A stretch of DNA of 63,121 nt, filler included, from Octopus bimaculoides (GCF_001194135.2; 5 parts of 5 records of this genome joined end to end with filler, not necessarily neighbours in it); one strand, 5' to 3'. Counted from the first letter of the whole stretch, positions 14,963 through 28,473 are shown. The notes: generated from the sequence alone by a model not told the origin. Translations and numbers: made by a program.

Positions 14963-15284
14963 NNNNNNNNNNNNNNNNNNNNNNNNNNNNNNNNNNNNNN
15001 NNNNNNNNNNNNNNNNNNNNNNNNNNNNNNNNNATATACATGCATACATACATACATACATACATACATACATACATACATACATACATACATACATACA
15101 TACATACTTTTCGCCCATCTGTACGTTCTGATTTCAAATTCCGCCGAGGTCGACACTTCATCCTTTCCGGGTCGATAGAATAAACACCAGTTGCCTACTG
15201 GAATTGGTGTAGTCAAATAAGCCCCGTCACCCGAAACGTCTGGCCATGCGCGAGCTTTTAAAATAAATATTTGCATACGTATAC

Positions 15285-15447
15285 GGCCATGACCGATCTC
15301 GATTACTGGGCCCGCCTTAAAGCATTGAAACTCTATTCTCTCCAGAGCCACACTAAGCGATACATCATTTGCATAATGTGTGTAATATACAGCCAGTATT
15401 GCCCAAACGACCTCAAGATTAGCTTCAAAATTCATCGAAGGCTAGGA
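15285..15447 (+). mobile_element. CR1/L2-like LINE RT C-terminal fragment
   Basis: MTDLDYWARLKALKLYSLQSHTKRYII...CPND resembles the L.Y..RL..L.L.SL..RR.R motif of CR1/L2-group LINEs. Confidence 0.6.
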
Positions 15448-15481
15448 TGAATTATATATATATATAAGATAGATATTCAGA

Positions 15482-15514
<33 letters not shown>

Positions 15515-15660
15515 ACAGTCAGAGAGAGAAAGACAGGGAGAGCGGGTGCTTCTCATATTAATACGTAATTAGTGAGTGCAGAGAAATTTTAAAAGATAAA
15601 TTTGGCCAAGCTTCTCGTACTATATTTCCATTATTTGATTATATATATATATATATATAT

Positions 15661-15760
15661 NNNNNNNNNNNNNNNNNNNNNNNNNNNNNNNNNNNNNNNN
15701 NNNNTTAATTAATTAANNNNNNNNNNNNNNNNNNNNNNNNNNNNNNNNNNNNNNNNNNNN
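15661..15760. other. Artificial scaffold join: 44 N + TTAATTAATTAA + 44 N (also 45854-45953, 54713-54812, 61819-61918)
   Basis: The same 100-bp cassette occurs four times; the linker has stop codons in all six frames. Confidence 0.95.
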
Positions 15761-15825
15761 AAAGAGAGAAAGTTAGACAGATAGACAAATAGGTAGATAG
15801 GTTGATAGATCGTTAGGTAGGTTGG

Positions 15826-15905
<80 letters not shown>

Positions 15906-17183
15906 AAGAAGTGAAACTTCAATGATATATATAATCCATATATATTTTTTCTCATTTCTCCTGTTTCCATATATGTTTCCCAAATAAACAACAATTTAAC
16001 TGAATGGAACCAACCGCGTAAAACTAGTCAAGCGGAATTACTGATGTAGAACTAATTAGCTGCAACTAGTCACCTGGAACATTTACTATTAAACTGCTTA
16101 GTGACTTCAGAAGGGGTCAACCATGTGGAACTTGAATAAATGTGAGGAGACTCTACATGGTGGTTCACATTTCTAGAAGTGGCAGTCAAATCTCTCCTAA
16201 ATCATATCCCATTGTCTTAGAAAGAGAAGGACACATTGAATATAACAACCCTAGGTAGATATAACTGAGAAAGAGATCAGATGGTAGTAACCGGAAACCC
16301 TGTGGTCATAGATCTAGTCCATTAGAGCTGAGCTGAGGCTGGATAACATCAATGATGGGAAATTAGTGATGCAGAACTAATAAAAGGATTTAGTCAGCTG
16401 AAACATTTGATTGGAAAGTAATTACAAGGAGCTTTCTGTTATTCTTCTTTCACTGCTTTCAGTCACTGACTGGACAGCTATGGTGAGGTACTGCATTCAA
16501 AGCTTTAATTGATTGTATCAACCTCAGTAATTATTTTAATTAGATACACATTTCATTGAACAATGTTTGTTGAAGTGCTAAGTTAGTGAACATAAAATGG
16601 TAAAAAAACATAAACAACATTGATTCTTTTATTTATCATACAAAACAGAAACACAGGCACTGATACACACACGCACATACACACACACATTCTCACACAC
16701 ACACACACACGCAGACATGTATCCATGTATGCGTGTATGAATGTATGTATGCTTGTATGTATGTATATATGTGTGTATGTATGCATGTATATATATATAC
16801 ACACACACACATACGGAGTCATACATACACACATATATAAATATACACATGTATATATATATATATATATATATACCATAATTCTTGTGTTAAAGTACAA
16901 ATGACAGCCATTATAATAGACTCAGTACTAATATTAGAATAATATAAAGGGAAAAAGTACATTTGAGGGTGGGTAATCAGGGAAAGGGTGAGAGTTGGGA
17001 TAGTACACCATGTTACTAACTAGTCAACTCTGATATTGATTTCAATTTTGGTACAAGGTCAGTAATTTCGGGGGAGGTGCAAGTTGATTATATCAACTCC
17101 ACTACTCAACTTGTACTAATTTTAATGACCCTGAAGGGGATGAAAGCAAAGTTGACCTTGGTGGAATTTGAACTCAGAATGTT

Positions 17184-17579
17184 GTGTGTGTGTGTGTGTT
17201 GGCACTCTGTCGCTTACGACATTGAGGGTTCCAGTTGATCCGATCAACGGAACAGCCTGCTCGTGAAATTAACGTGCAAGTGGCTGAGCACTCCACAGAC
17301 ACGTGTACCCTTAACGTAGTTCTCGGGGATATTCATCGTGACACAAAATGACAAGGCTGACCCTTTGAATTACAGGCACAACAGAAACAGGAAGTAAGAG
17401 TGAGAGAAAGTTGTGGTGAAAGAGTACAGCAGGGTTCGCCACCATCCCCTGCTGGAGCCTCGTAGAGCTTTTAGGTGTTTTCGCTCAATAAACACACACA
17501 ACGCCTGGTCTGGGAATCGAAACCACGATCCTATGACCGCGATTCCGCTGCCCTAACCACTGGGCCATTGCGCCTCCAC
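17184..17579 (-). mobile_element. Full-length tRNA-derived SINE with 12-bp TSD, nested in an older SINE
   Basis: Head TGGAGGCGCAATGGCCCAGTGGTTAGGG, B box GGTTTCGATTCCC, (AC)n tail; TSD ACTCAGAATGTT at 17172-17183 and 17580-17591. Confidence 0.92.
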
Positions 17580-18003
17580 ACTCAGAATGTTAAGACCGAC
17601 AAAATGCCACTCAGCATTTTGTCCAGCATGCTAACAATTCTGCCAGCACACTGTCAGTCAACCGCAATATTGGTTTCACATTGGTATATTATTGACTTTA
17701 TCAATTTTATCTTTTATCTGTTACTTGTTTCAGTCATTGGACATACTGGGGCACCACTATAAAGAGTTTAGTTAAACAAATCAACCTTTTAAGTTTGGTT
17801 CTCATTCTAATGGTTTCTTTTGCTCAATCGTTAAGTTACTGGGACATACTGGGACATAAGCAAACCAACACTGATTGTCAAGCAGGGTAGGGGACACAAA
17901 TACAAACACACATACACACACACATGCGATGGGCTTCCACACAGTTTCTTTCCACAAATTTTACCCACATGTGTGTATAAATATGTATATATATTTGTGC
18001 ATA

Positions 18004-18051
<48 letters not shown>

Positions 18052-18654
18052 NNNNNNNNNNNNNNNNNNNNNNNNNNNNNNNNNNNNNNNNNNNNNNNNN
18101 NNNNNNNNNNNNNNNNNNNNNNNNNNNNNNNNNNNNNNNNNNNNNNNNNNNNNNNNNNNNNNNNNNNNNNNNNNNNNNNNNNNNNNNNNNNNNNNNNNNN
18201 NNNNNNNNNNNNNNNNNNNNNNNNNNNNNNNNNNNNNNNNNNNNNNNNNNNNNNNNNNNNNNNNNNNNNNNNNNNNNNNNNNNNNNNNNNNNNNNNNNNN
18301 NNNNNNNNNNNNNNNNNNNNNNNNNNNNNNNNNNNNNNNNNNNNNNNNNNNNNNNNNNNNNNNNNNNNNNNNNNNNNNNNNNNNNNNNNNNNNNNNNNNN
18401 NNNNNNNNNNNNNNNNNNNNNNNNNNNNNNNNNNNNGTGTGTGTGTCACCATCATCATAGGCACCGGAGTGGCTGTGTGGTAAGTAGCTTACTTACCAAT
18501 CACATAACTTAGCAATTCAGCAAAAGGAACCGATAGAATAAGTACTAGGCTTACAAAAAAATAAGTCCTGGAGTCAATTTGCTCGACTAAAGGCAGTGCT
18601 CCAGCATGGCCGCAGTCAATGACTGATACAAGTAAAAGAAAGAAAAGAAAAAAG

Positions 18655-18900
18655 AATCATCATCATCATTTAATGTCCATTTTCCATGCTGGCCTGAGTT
18701 GGATGGTTTGACTGAGCTCTGGAAAGCCATCGGCTGCACCAGGCTCTGATCTGATCTGGCAATATTTCTACAGCTGGATGCCCTTCCTAATGCCAACCAC
18801 TCCGGGAGTGTAGTGGGAGCTTTTACGTGTCATCGGCACAGGAGACTTCAATCACGTTTGGATAATGCTTTTTACATGCCACTGGCATGGCAGTCAGTCA
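18655..18900 (-). mobile_element. RTE-tail-derived short repeat
   Basis: Matches the RTE 3' UTR (GAGTGGTTGGCATTAGGAAGGGCATCCAGCTGTAGAAA...ATGATGATG). Further copies at 25765-26000(+), 28468-28775(+), 48418-48640(-), 62563-62628(-). Confidence 0.85.
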
Positions 18901-19155
18901 GGGGTCACTGGCCACAGCTATGATATTGGTTTTACTTGACTCAATAGGAAGTTGATTATATGACCAGTCATAGAGTAACCAATGGTTTTGCATCCATAAA
19001 GTGCTTAGCTTTAATGATGACTCATCAGACTACAATAGCTGACCAATGGTCATTCTATGACCGGCTATATAATGAACTTCCTGTAAATACATTACTGCTT
19101 TAACTTTTAGAGTGTTTCTTTTTCGGGTATATGATCCACTGATGATATATGTGTT

Positions 19156-19267
<112 letters not shown>

Positions 19268-19567
19268 TGCACATACATACACAGACACACATATATATAC
19301 AGAGAGGAGAGAGAGAGAGAGAGAGGGGGGTAAAGGTAAGTATAAGTCAGGATGTGTGAGAGGTGAATATAGATTTATTTTCCTGTATGACTTTCATGAA
19401 ATTATTGCCATTTTACCTTCCTCATGGAGTATTATTAATTTCAGTGTGCAAAATTATATGCACATATTTACATGGTTACACAGACGTATTACATTACACC
19501 ACATGGTGACTAATTACTATGTAAACTGATAGCCAATTTCTGAATGGGGAGCTGTGAATGCAGCTTG

Positions 19568-19643
19568 ATTCCCTGAAGATGTGATTCTTACACCTTACAT
19601 AATAGTATAGCGATGTAAGAATCATTAAAACAGATGTAGGAAT
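19568..19643 (+). ncRNA. Near-intact type-I hammerhead-like motif
   Basis: Stem I ATTCC/GGAAT, core CTGAAGA, 12-bp stem II GTGATTCTTACA/TGTAAGAATCAT, AAAAC in place of GAAAC, AC-AGAT-GT stem III, GTA triplet. Confidence 0.7.
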
Positions 19644-20380
19644 GAACATATTGAAATATCATTGAGGTTGTTTTCTGTTTCATATATATATANNNNNNNN
19701 NNNNNNNNNNNNNNNNNNNNNNNNNNNNNNNNNNNNNNNNNNNNNNNNNNNNNNNNNNNNNNNNNNNNNNNNNNNNNNNNNNNNNNNNNNNATATATTTA
19801 TATATATATATATATATACATATATATAACTAAAAACAGATTTTTAAAAATTTATTTTTCGTTTTTGTCAAAAATTTTTAAAACACTTTTTGAAATAAAG
19901 AGAAATAATTGCACAAATATTATCACCAATTCATGGGAGGAAATATTATTTTGCCATAGAATTAACAATGCAAAATTATCCATGTAAAACCATTCATGTG
20001 ATGTTAGTCCCATCAATCTAACTATATGGGACTGAACAATGAAGTGGAGTTAATTATGTTACCTATTTTAAATAATCTCTAAAAACAAATCATAGGGAAT
20101 TAATTGTCTAGAACAAGGCACAAATGAACTAGTTAAGTGTATATAGTATTTATAACAGGTTATAAAAACAGAATCTAAAAAACTGGTGGTGGTTATCAGC
20201 AAAAATTACACTGAAAAGTGTGTTTGGTTTGTATATGCCATGGGGAAAAGAAGCTGTTATGTTTAAGGCCTGATTCTTCTTCTTGGAGACAAAGGGTTAG
20301 TTTTGGAATCTCTGATTCTTCTCTTCATGGAATACAATTATATCTAAACTCATGAATTTCGCAAAGGTAATTAATGACTA

Positions 20381-20386
20381 TTTATT
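20381..20386 (-). promoter_or_regulatory. Candidate polyadenylation signal of the CYP gene
   Basis: AATAAA on the minus strand about 540 nt after the stop, just beyond the 31-bp array. Position only, no transcript evidence. Confidence 0.3.
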
Positions 20387-20398
20387 CAAATGAAGGAA

Positions 20399-20922
20399 TA
20401 ATTTATCTAAAACCTGGATGATGACAGTATAATTATATCAAAGTCTGTACAATGATGGTAGAATTAGTTCAAAGTCTGGATGATGACAGTTAATTTATTT
20501 AAAACCTGGATGATGACAGTGTAATTAATTTAAAATATGAACAATGACAGTATAGTTAGTTTAAAGTTTGGATGGTGACAGCATAATTTATTTAAAACCT
20601 GGATGATGACAGTATAATTATATTAAAATCTGGTTGATGATGGTATAATTAGATCAAAGTCTGGTTGATGACAGAATAATTAATTTAAAGTCCATATGAT
20701 GAAGGTGTAATTAATTTAAAGATTGGATGTTGATGGCGGTATAATCAATTTAAAGTTTGAAAGATGATGGTATCATTTATTTAAAATCTAGATGACAGTT
20801 TAATTAATTTAAAATCTAAAAGATGATGATATAATTAAATTAAATATTGGATGATGGGATAATTAATTTAAAGTCTGGATGATGACAGTGTAAGTAATTT
20901 AATGTCTGGCTGGATGACAGTG
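20399..20922. repeat. 31-bp minisatellite, about 17 units, in the CYP 3' UTR
   Basis: Consensus near TAATTAATTTAAAGTCTGGATGATGACAGTG, counted unit by unit from 20399 up to the stop codon. Confidence 0.9.
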
Positions 20923-21069
20923 TTATTCATTAATTTCTTCTTCTATCTTTCTTCTGTCTGAGTTCCGCCTGATGAACTTCAACTTGATTGGTCTGTCGGG
21001 TATGAGTACAATATTAGCTTTTGGTTTCACATCTTCATAATGGTATTCTAAATGGTAGTTCTGTATAAT
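20923..21069 (-). CDS. CYP last exon: [48 protein letters not shown]
   Basis: ctgtttcaacag acceptor, PDRPIxLKFIRR C-terminal motif, TAA stop at 20923-20925. Confidence 0.9.
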   Translation of the reverse strand: MIQNYHLEYHYEDVKPKANIVLIPDRPIKLKFIRRNSDRRKIEEEINE

Positions 21070-21553
21070 CTGTTGAAACAGAAGAGGAAAACACTGCAAA
21101 AGTTAAGAAGAAAGAGAAAAAGAAAGAAAAAGTGGGGAAAAGAGAGAAGGTGAGAGAGAGAGAGAGAGAGAAACAGAGATGATAGGAAAGGTAAGCAAAG
21201 TAAAAACTGTAATTACCCACCACACTAATTACCTTTCTAATAATCATTAACTGTCAGAGTAGTAATTATAGACTGGTTAATAGAGATTATATTAAGAATT
21301 CCAGTGAGTTATGCTGGACAGTAAAATACACTCAATGTGTGTTTTCGCACAATTTTGTAACTCCTACTAGCAAATGAAACACATGTAATGGTGACTAAAT
21401 AATGCAAAAAAAAAAAAAATTTTCAATCTCCTTTTGATAATTTTTTTCTCTACAGAAAATATTTTCTTGTATTTTCAACGCTTATCCATATTTCACACAA
21501 TAACATCTGCATTGAGATTTGGAATACTACAATAAGCAGATAAGCAGATGTAC

Positions 21554-21589
<36 letters not shown>

Positions 21590-22424
21590 CAGGGTGCAAT
21601 GAGTAAATTGTCACCATTTTATATTTTTAATTTCGCGTTTGAGCATTGTTTGTTTTAGTCAACTACACAGTATAGTAAGGTCAGTTGAGCACTGTCTGTG
21701 AGAAAACCAGCACCATGACGCAACTCACTCTACCAGAAATTTGGAAACGATATGCTATACCACTTTGCATTTGCACTGGAAGCTCCAATATGAACATTTC
21801 AGAGTGTTTGGGTGGCAATTTGAGGAGATGTACCGAGAGTGATAAAAACCAAACATCCAGTCAGCATCATGGTGTTTGGAGTAATCACTAGTGATGTCAG
21901 CATTATGCCTCCATTCACCTTCCCACATGCCCTCACACTCAACATGGCACTAACTCCTTCGACATCAAGTGTCAGAGGAGGTAGTGCTGCCCTGGGTCAA
22001 GAGGGTGGCTGCTGGAAGACACTATGTCTGGTAACAGGATTCTGCACCATGCCACACAAGCAGGAGAACCCAGTCATGGCTGACAGACAAATTCTGCAAC
22101 CACATCACCCCTAACATCTGGCCACCTAACCCCCCAAACTGCAATCCCCTTGATTACTATGTGTGGGGTGCAGTTGAGTGAGAGACCAACAAAAGATGAA
22201 TTGAAATCAAGGATTATGGCAGCATTCACCAACTTAAACAAGGAGACTGTCCAGAAAAGTTGCAGGCGATTCCAAAGTTGTCTGGAGGTTATGGTTGAAG
22301 TCAATGGCAATTTTATTGAATAAATTTACTCTTTAAGATATTTTTATACAATTTTGGTAAATATATCTGTTAAAAGGAGATGTCATTTTTGCCTAATTTA
22401 GACAACAATTCATTCACTACATCT

Positions 22425-22461
<37 letters not shown>

Positions 22462-25400
22462 TTGTAATAATAAAATCAATATAAACCATCATCACNNNNN
22501 NNNNNNNNNNNNNNNNNNNNNNNNNNNNNNNNNNNNNNNNNNNNNNNNNNNNNNNNNNNNNNNNNNNNNNNNNNNNNNNNNNNNNNNNNNNNNNNNNNNN
22601 NNNNNNNNNNNNNNNNNNNNNNNNNNNNNNNNNNNNNNNNNNNNNNNNNNNNNNNNNNNNNNNNNNNNNNNNNNNNNNNNNNNNNNNNNNNNNNNNNNNN
22701 NNNNNNNNNNNNNNNNNNNNNNNNNNNNNNNNNNNNNNNNNNNNNNNNNNNNNNNNNNNNNNNNNNNNNNNNNNNNNNNNNNNNNNNNNNNNNNNNNNNN
22801 NNNNNNNNNNNNNNNNNNNNNNNNNNNNNNNNNNNNNNNNNNNNNNNNNNNNNNNNNNNNNNNNNNNNNNNNNNNNNNNNNNNNNNNNNNNNNNNNNNNN
22901 NNNNNNNNNNNNNNNNNNNNNNNNNNNNNNNNNNNNNNNNNNNNNNNNNNNNNNNNNNNNNNNNNNNNNNNNNNNNNNNNNNNNNNNNNNNNNNNNNNNN
23001 NNNNNNNNNNNNNNNNNNNNNNNNNTGGGTTCAGTCCCACTGCATGGCACCTTGGGCAAGTGCCTTCTACTATAGCCTCGGGCCGACCAAAGCCTTGTGA
23101 GTGGATTTGGTAGACGGAAACTGAAAGAAGCCCGTCGTATATATGTATATATGTATATATATATATATGTATGAGCGTGTGCATGTTTGTGTGTCTGTGT
23201 TTGTCCCCCCTACATCGCTTGACAACTGATGCTGGTGTGTTTAGGTCTCCGTAACTTAGCGATTCAGCAAAAGAGACCGATAGAATAAGTACTAGGCTTA
23301 CAAAGAATAAGTCCTGGGGTCGATTTGCTCGACTAAAGGTGGTGCTCCAGCATGGCCACAGTCAAATGACTGAAACAAGTAAAAGAGTAAAAGAGTATAT
23401 TTGGGGTTAATTCTCATCATAAACATTGAATTGAAGTGAGAGATTTTGTTAAGTTAGATAGCAGTATAATAACCTATATAATGGGTATGAGTGATTGATA
23501 AAGTGAGTAAAGAAGTGAGTTGAGGTAATTTCGAAGACTGAAAGACAGACAGGTATATAAAAACAGTATATAAAGAGAATTTGAAAAATACCTTTGTCAA
23601 AAGTAGGTGTATATCAAGTTCTGCAACTCTTCGCCCTGCAGGTGTAAAAAATGAAACAGAAAGTAAGAAAAAATATGTTATCTCATCATTGTCATTCATC
23701 ACTACTGCTGTCATCACCACAACCAGTACCACTGCTGCCACTACCACTGCTACCACTGCTACTGTCACCACCACTCCAATCACCACCACCACTCCAATCA
23801 CCACCACTCCAATCACCACCACTTCAATCACCACCACCATCATCACCACCACCATCATCACCACCACCATCATCACCACCACCACCACNNNNNNNNNNNN
23901 NNNNNNNNNNNNNNNNNNNNNNNNNNNNNNNNNNNNNNNNNNNNNNNNNNNNNNNNNNNNNNNNNNNNNNNNNNNNNNNNNNNNNNNNNNNNNNNNNNNN
24001 NNNNNNNNNNNNNNNNNNNNNNNNNNNNNNNNNNNNNNNNNNNNNNNNNNNNNNNNNNNNNNNNNNNNNNNNNNNNNNNNNNNNNNNNNNNNNNNNNNNN
24101 NNNNNNNNNNNNNNNNNNNNNNNNNNNNNNNNNNNNNNNNNNNNNNNNNNNNNNNNNNNNNNNNNNNNNNNNNNNNNNNNNNNNNNNNNNNNNNNNNNNN
24201 NNNNNNNNNNNNNNNNNNNNNNNNNNNNNNNNNNNNNNNNNNNNNNNNNNNNNNNNNNNNNNNCCACCACCACCATCACCACCACCACCATCATCACCAC
24301 CACCATCATCACCACCACCATCATCACCACCACCATCATCACCACCACCATCATCACCACCACCACCACCACCATCACTGCTATCACCATCATCGTCATT
24401 ATTATCATCACAATTACCATCACTAGCATTGCCATCATAAACCTTATCGTTATACATTTTCTCCTCGTCATCATCATCATTTTCATCCTCTTCCTCACCA
24501 TCATCATCACAATTATCTTGCTCCTCATCAACATTCTCAATGTCACTCTCCTCTATCTCCTCCTGCACATCATCATCAACCCCCACTTCTATCCCCATCT
24601 CAACATCTTCATCACCACTGCTACCCCCATCTTTGTTAGCATTACCACTGGTTTCCTCATCTTTGTTAGCATCATCATTGTTACCACCACACCACCAGTG
24701 TCACCCTTGCCATCAATTGTCTGCTGGTCATATTGATATGAATGAAACATTATTACAGTTCATGCTTTGCTCCTTCTGGAGCAGGTCATGCTGGCTGAAG
24801 GTCAGTCACCAACAAAAATGTAAACAAACATATATATGGCATGGTTGTGTGGTAAGAAGCATGCTTCCCAACCATGTAGTCTTCAGTTCAGTCCCACTGT
24901 GCAGCATTTTAGGTATCTTCTATTACAGCCTCATGTTGGCCAAAGTTTTGTGAGTGAATTTGGTTGATGGAAACTGAAAGAAGCCTATCTCATGTATGCA
25001 TGTATGTATTTAAGTTACAGGATGTAAACAAACCAACACTGGTTGTCAAGTGGTGGTCGAAAACAAACCCAAACATAAGGACAAATAGTGTTGGGGAGGG
25101 CCTGCTTGTCATATTCCTTTCTAATATAGATAAGAAACATGAACAGATCTATATATATATATAGTTGAAAATTACTTGCAAATGGACACGTGCGTTCGAT
25201 GATATAATAATACAAATGGTTCGTTCTGTTGTCTGTAAACAAAGTCCGTTTTGTTTTTATGTCCCTGTTCATTTTTCTAACGTCCTGTACCCGGATATGC
25301 ATCTATATATACATGTAGATATGGGTATGTACATATATGTATGTATACATGCATATCATTTGTATTATTATATATATATATATACCAGAGCAAAAGTAAA

Positions 25401-28400
25401 AGACACAAAGAGAACTCACCAAGACACATCCGTGCTCCCTGTCCAAATACTAGATTATAGTAATAACGACATCCAGGTTCTTTTCTGATCCATCTGTGTG
25501 GGTCATATTTCTCTGGGTTTGAAAACAAATTGATGTCTCGGCTGATGCTGTAGAGACTGGCCTGCACTTTGGTCTGTCGGAATATAATAGCAGAGTAATT
25601 TGTTCAGTAATTTGCAGAGTTGTGAATCAGAGAAGATTCAAGTCATTACTGCTTACAATTTAGATCACTAAAATAACACTCAAAGGCATGCATATCTCAG
25701 CTTCTGAGAGCATTTATCCAGAGTTGGATAAATTTATCCAGAGTCCTTTCTAATATAGACATGTGCAAGGTACCCATGCTGGTGAAATATAAAAGGCACT
25801 CGTGCTGGTGACACATCAGAGGCACCCGTGTGGGTGATACATAAAAGACACCCTGGACACTCTAAGGAGTGGTTGGCATTAGGAAGGGCATCCAGTCATA
25901 GAAACCAAGTCCAAACTGACCGGAGCCTGGTGCAGCTCTCTGGCTTACCAATTCCAATCAAACTATGTCAACAGATGCTAAATGATGATGATGATGATGT
26001 ACAAGGCTCAAAATTTGGTGGGAGGGATCTAGCCGATTATATTGACCCCAAGGCTCAACTGGTACTTATTTGAGCAACCTCAAATAGATGAAAAGCAAAG
26101 TCAATCTCGGTAGAATGATGAATGCTAAATTTGCCTTTCATCTTTTGGGTTCGATAAATTAAGTACCAGTTGAGAACTGGAGTTGATATAATTGACTAGT
26201 CCCCTCCCATAAAATCTAAGGCCTTGTGCCTATAGTAGAAAGGGTTATTATTATTACCATCATCATCATCATTGTGGTGATGGTGGTTTATTTATACCTT
26301 TATAAAGGTATAAATAAACTGAAGATGTAGATGTCTATCTATGCCTAAAAACTTTGAGCAAAATATATATATATATATATACAACGAAAGAATGGAGAAA
26401 TGAAAGAAGAAGAGAAAAGAAATAATGTGCAAAGAAATGAAAGGACAAAAGAGAATAGAGGAAGGAAATAAAAATATGGAAGAAATGAAAAAGTATGGAA
26501 TACCATAATGCAATAATACAAATTTTTAACTCACCCCTGTGGGTACCTTGTAGCCACAGATGTTGACATCCTTTTGTAGGATACGACTGATAAAAAACAC
26601 TATAGGATACACCCTGTAAATTAAAATCATAGAATATGAGGTAAAGCATGGTATGTAAAACTAGGAACAGTTGATAAATGCTGGGCCTTTCTATATCACA
26701 ACAAGCAAATTAGAATTGGTAAAGTAAATAATTTAAGGAGACATACCAAGTTATTAGATATTAATCATTGACTAGTATTGTTTTTTTTCCTTCAGTGCAT
26801 AAGGACATTATGGTAAGCTTCATGGCTTCCATTGTTCTCTACATTAAATATATTAACACTAATTCATCACTAAACTAACACAGTTAGGACCCTCTCTAAA
26901 ATATACAGGACATGAGCAATATGTATAAAGAGTACTCTATTTTATAGAGGATGGTCTACAATATAAGGAGACAAGTGTTGATATAGAGTACCAGCTACAA
27001 TATGCAGAGAGGACAGTCAACAGTACAGGGAACAACCTAAATAGTGAAGACCATCTAATATATTTAGAAAAGAGAGTTCATAATATAGCAGCTAGTTTAT
27101 GATAGAGAGGACAATGTAGATTGTTAGAGGACCAGCTACAATGTACAAAATGTTATTCTGTTTTGTAGGGAATGGTTTACAGTACAAGGAGACTGCCATA
27201 GATGTAAAGGGCCATCAACATTACATAGAAAACATTGTCAGCAATACAGGGAGAACCAAGAATACAGAGGGCTATCCAGGATATTTAGAAAGGTCAATCT
27301 ACAATATAAAGAACTTTCAATATAGAGGGGCATCTACAATGTGTAGAAAGGAGAGTCTACAATACAGGGGCTAGTTTATAACACAGGGGACAAACTACAA
27401 CTATAGAAGATTATCTGCAATGTGTAGAAAGAGTAGTCTATTTAATAGGAAGCATCTACAATATACATAAAATGTAGAAGACCATTTACAATATGTAGTA
27501 AGGGTAAACTATTTTTAACAGAACAGTAAAACCACATCAGCTCAGTAATGAGAAATAGACCATGATGTATCAGATGATCATGGCCTAATTGTAAGTTAAT
27601 AGTATTCCAGTTGCAATTGTATGATTGACTGATTAAATATTCTTAGAATTTCCGAACAAAATATGGTCATAAGGTGTGGGACAATCAGTGCAGAAGTTCA
27701 AGTGGTCCTTGAGAAGGCAGACGAACAGGAATCTTGGTGGAATGTTTAACCTCAGGTTAAAAAGAATTGTTTAATTTGCCATGATCACAATATTCTTACA
27801 TCTCCAAACATGTGCATGAGACATTTTTAATTCTTACCTCTTATCTCACATGAAGATATAGTCATCTAATTCTTGGCTAACATACATAGCTCACTACTGG
27901 TAATCAGTGATACAGCCTATGGCAAGTAACTATTGTATTCATTGTAATGTTTATGCATAAATAAATGATTTCTTCATAAACTTCAAATGGACTTGGTTTT
28001 AATATAGGAAAAACACAGCCTAACCAAGATACCAATGGTTTGGCATCATCTCTAAAAATAGCCAAACAACTACTACTGCTATCCACAGGAATGTATATAA
28101 AGGACAAAAGACAGCCAGTCAACTACAGTTGAAACATTCCTGTCACAACATGGGACCTTGAAGACTGCTAAAGTGCAAGAAAGTATACTAGTCCTTTAAT
28201 ATTTGATATTCAATATTCAATATTTCATTCATTCAATAAAACAATCAATACTTCATTTAATTTTACTATATATACTATATATTCTATATCCTACATTAAT
28301 ATTATAAGAACATAAATAAAACATAAAGAAGAGACAGATTTGGAATTCTTTTGAATAATATATTCCTCTATACACTATCATACAAACCCCTTNNNNNNNN

Positions 28401-28440
28401 NNNNNNNNNNNNNNNNNNNNNNNNNNNNNNNNNNNNNNNN

Positions 28441-28473
<33 letters not shown>

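Noticed and set aside
15705-15716. TTAATTAATTAA palindrome as a biological site
   Set aside because: It is always centred in an exact 100-bp N cassette, so it is an assembly linker.
23581-24953. Long poly-Thr, poly-His, poly-Pro and Gly/Asp ORFs
   Set aside because: (CAC/CAT)n intronic low complexity across a gap; only the 44-nt exon J in this area is supported.
27904-28122. 72-aa minus-strand ORF inside the CYP span
   Set aside because: No P450 similarity, and exons G and H already join in phase without it.
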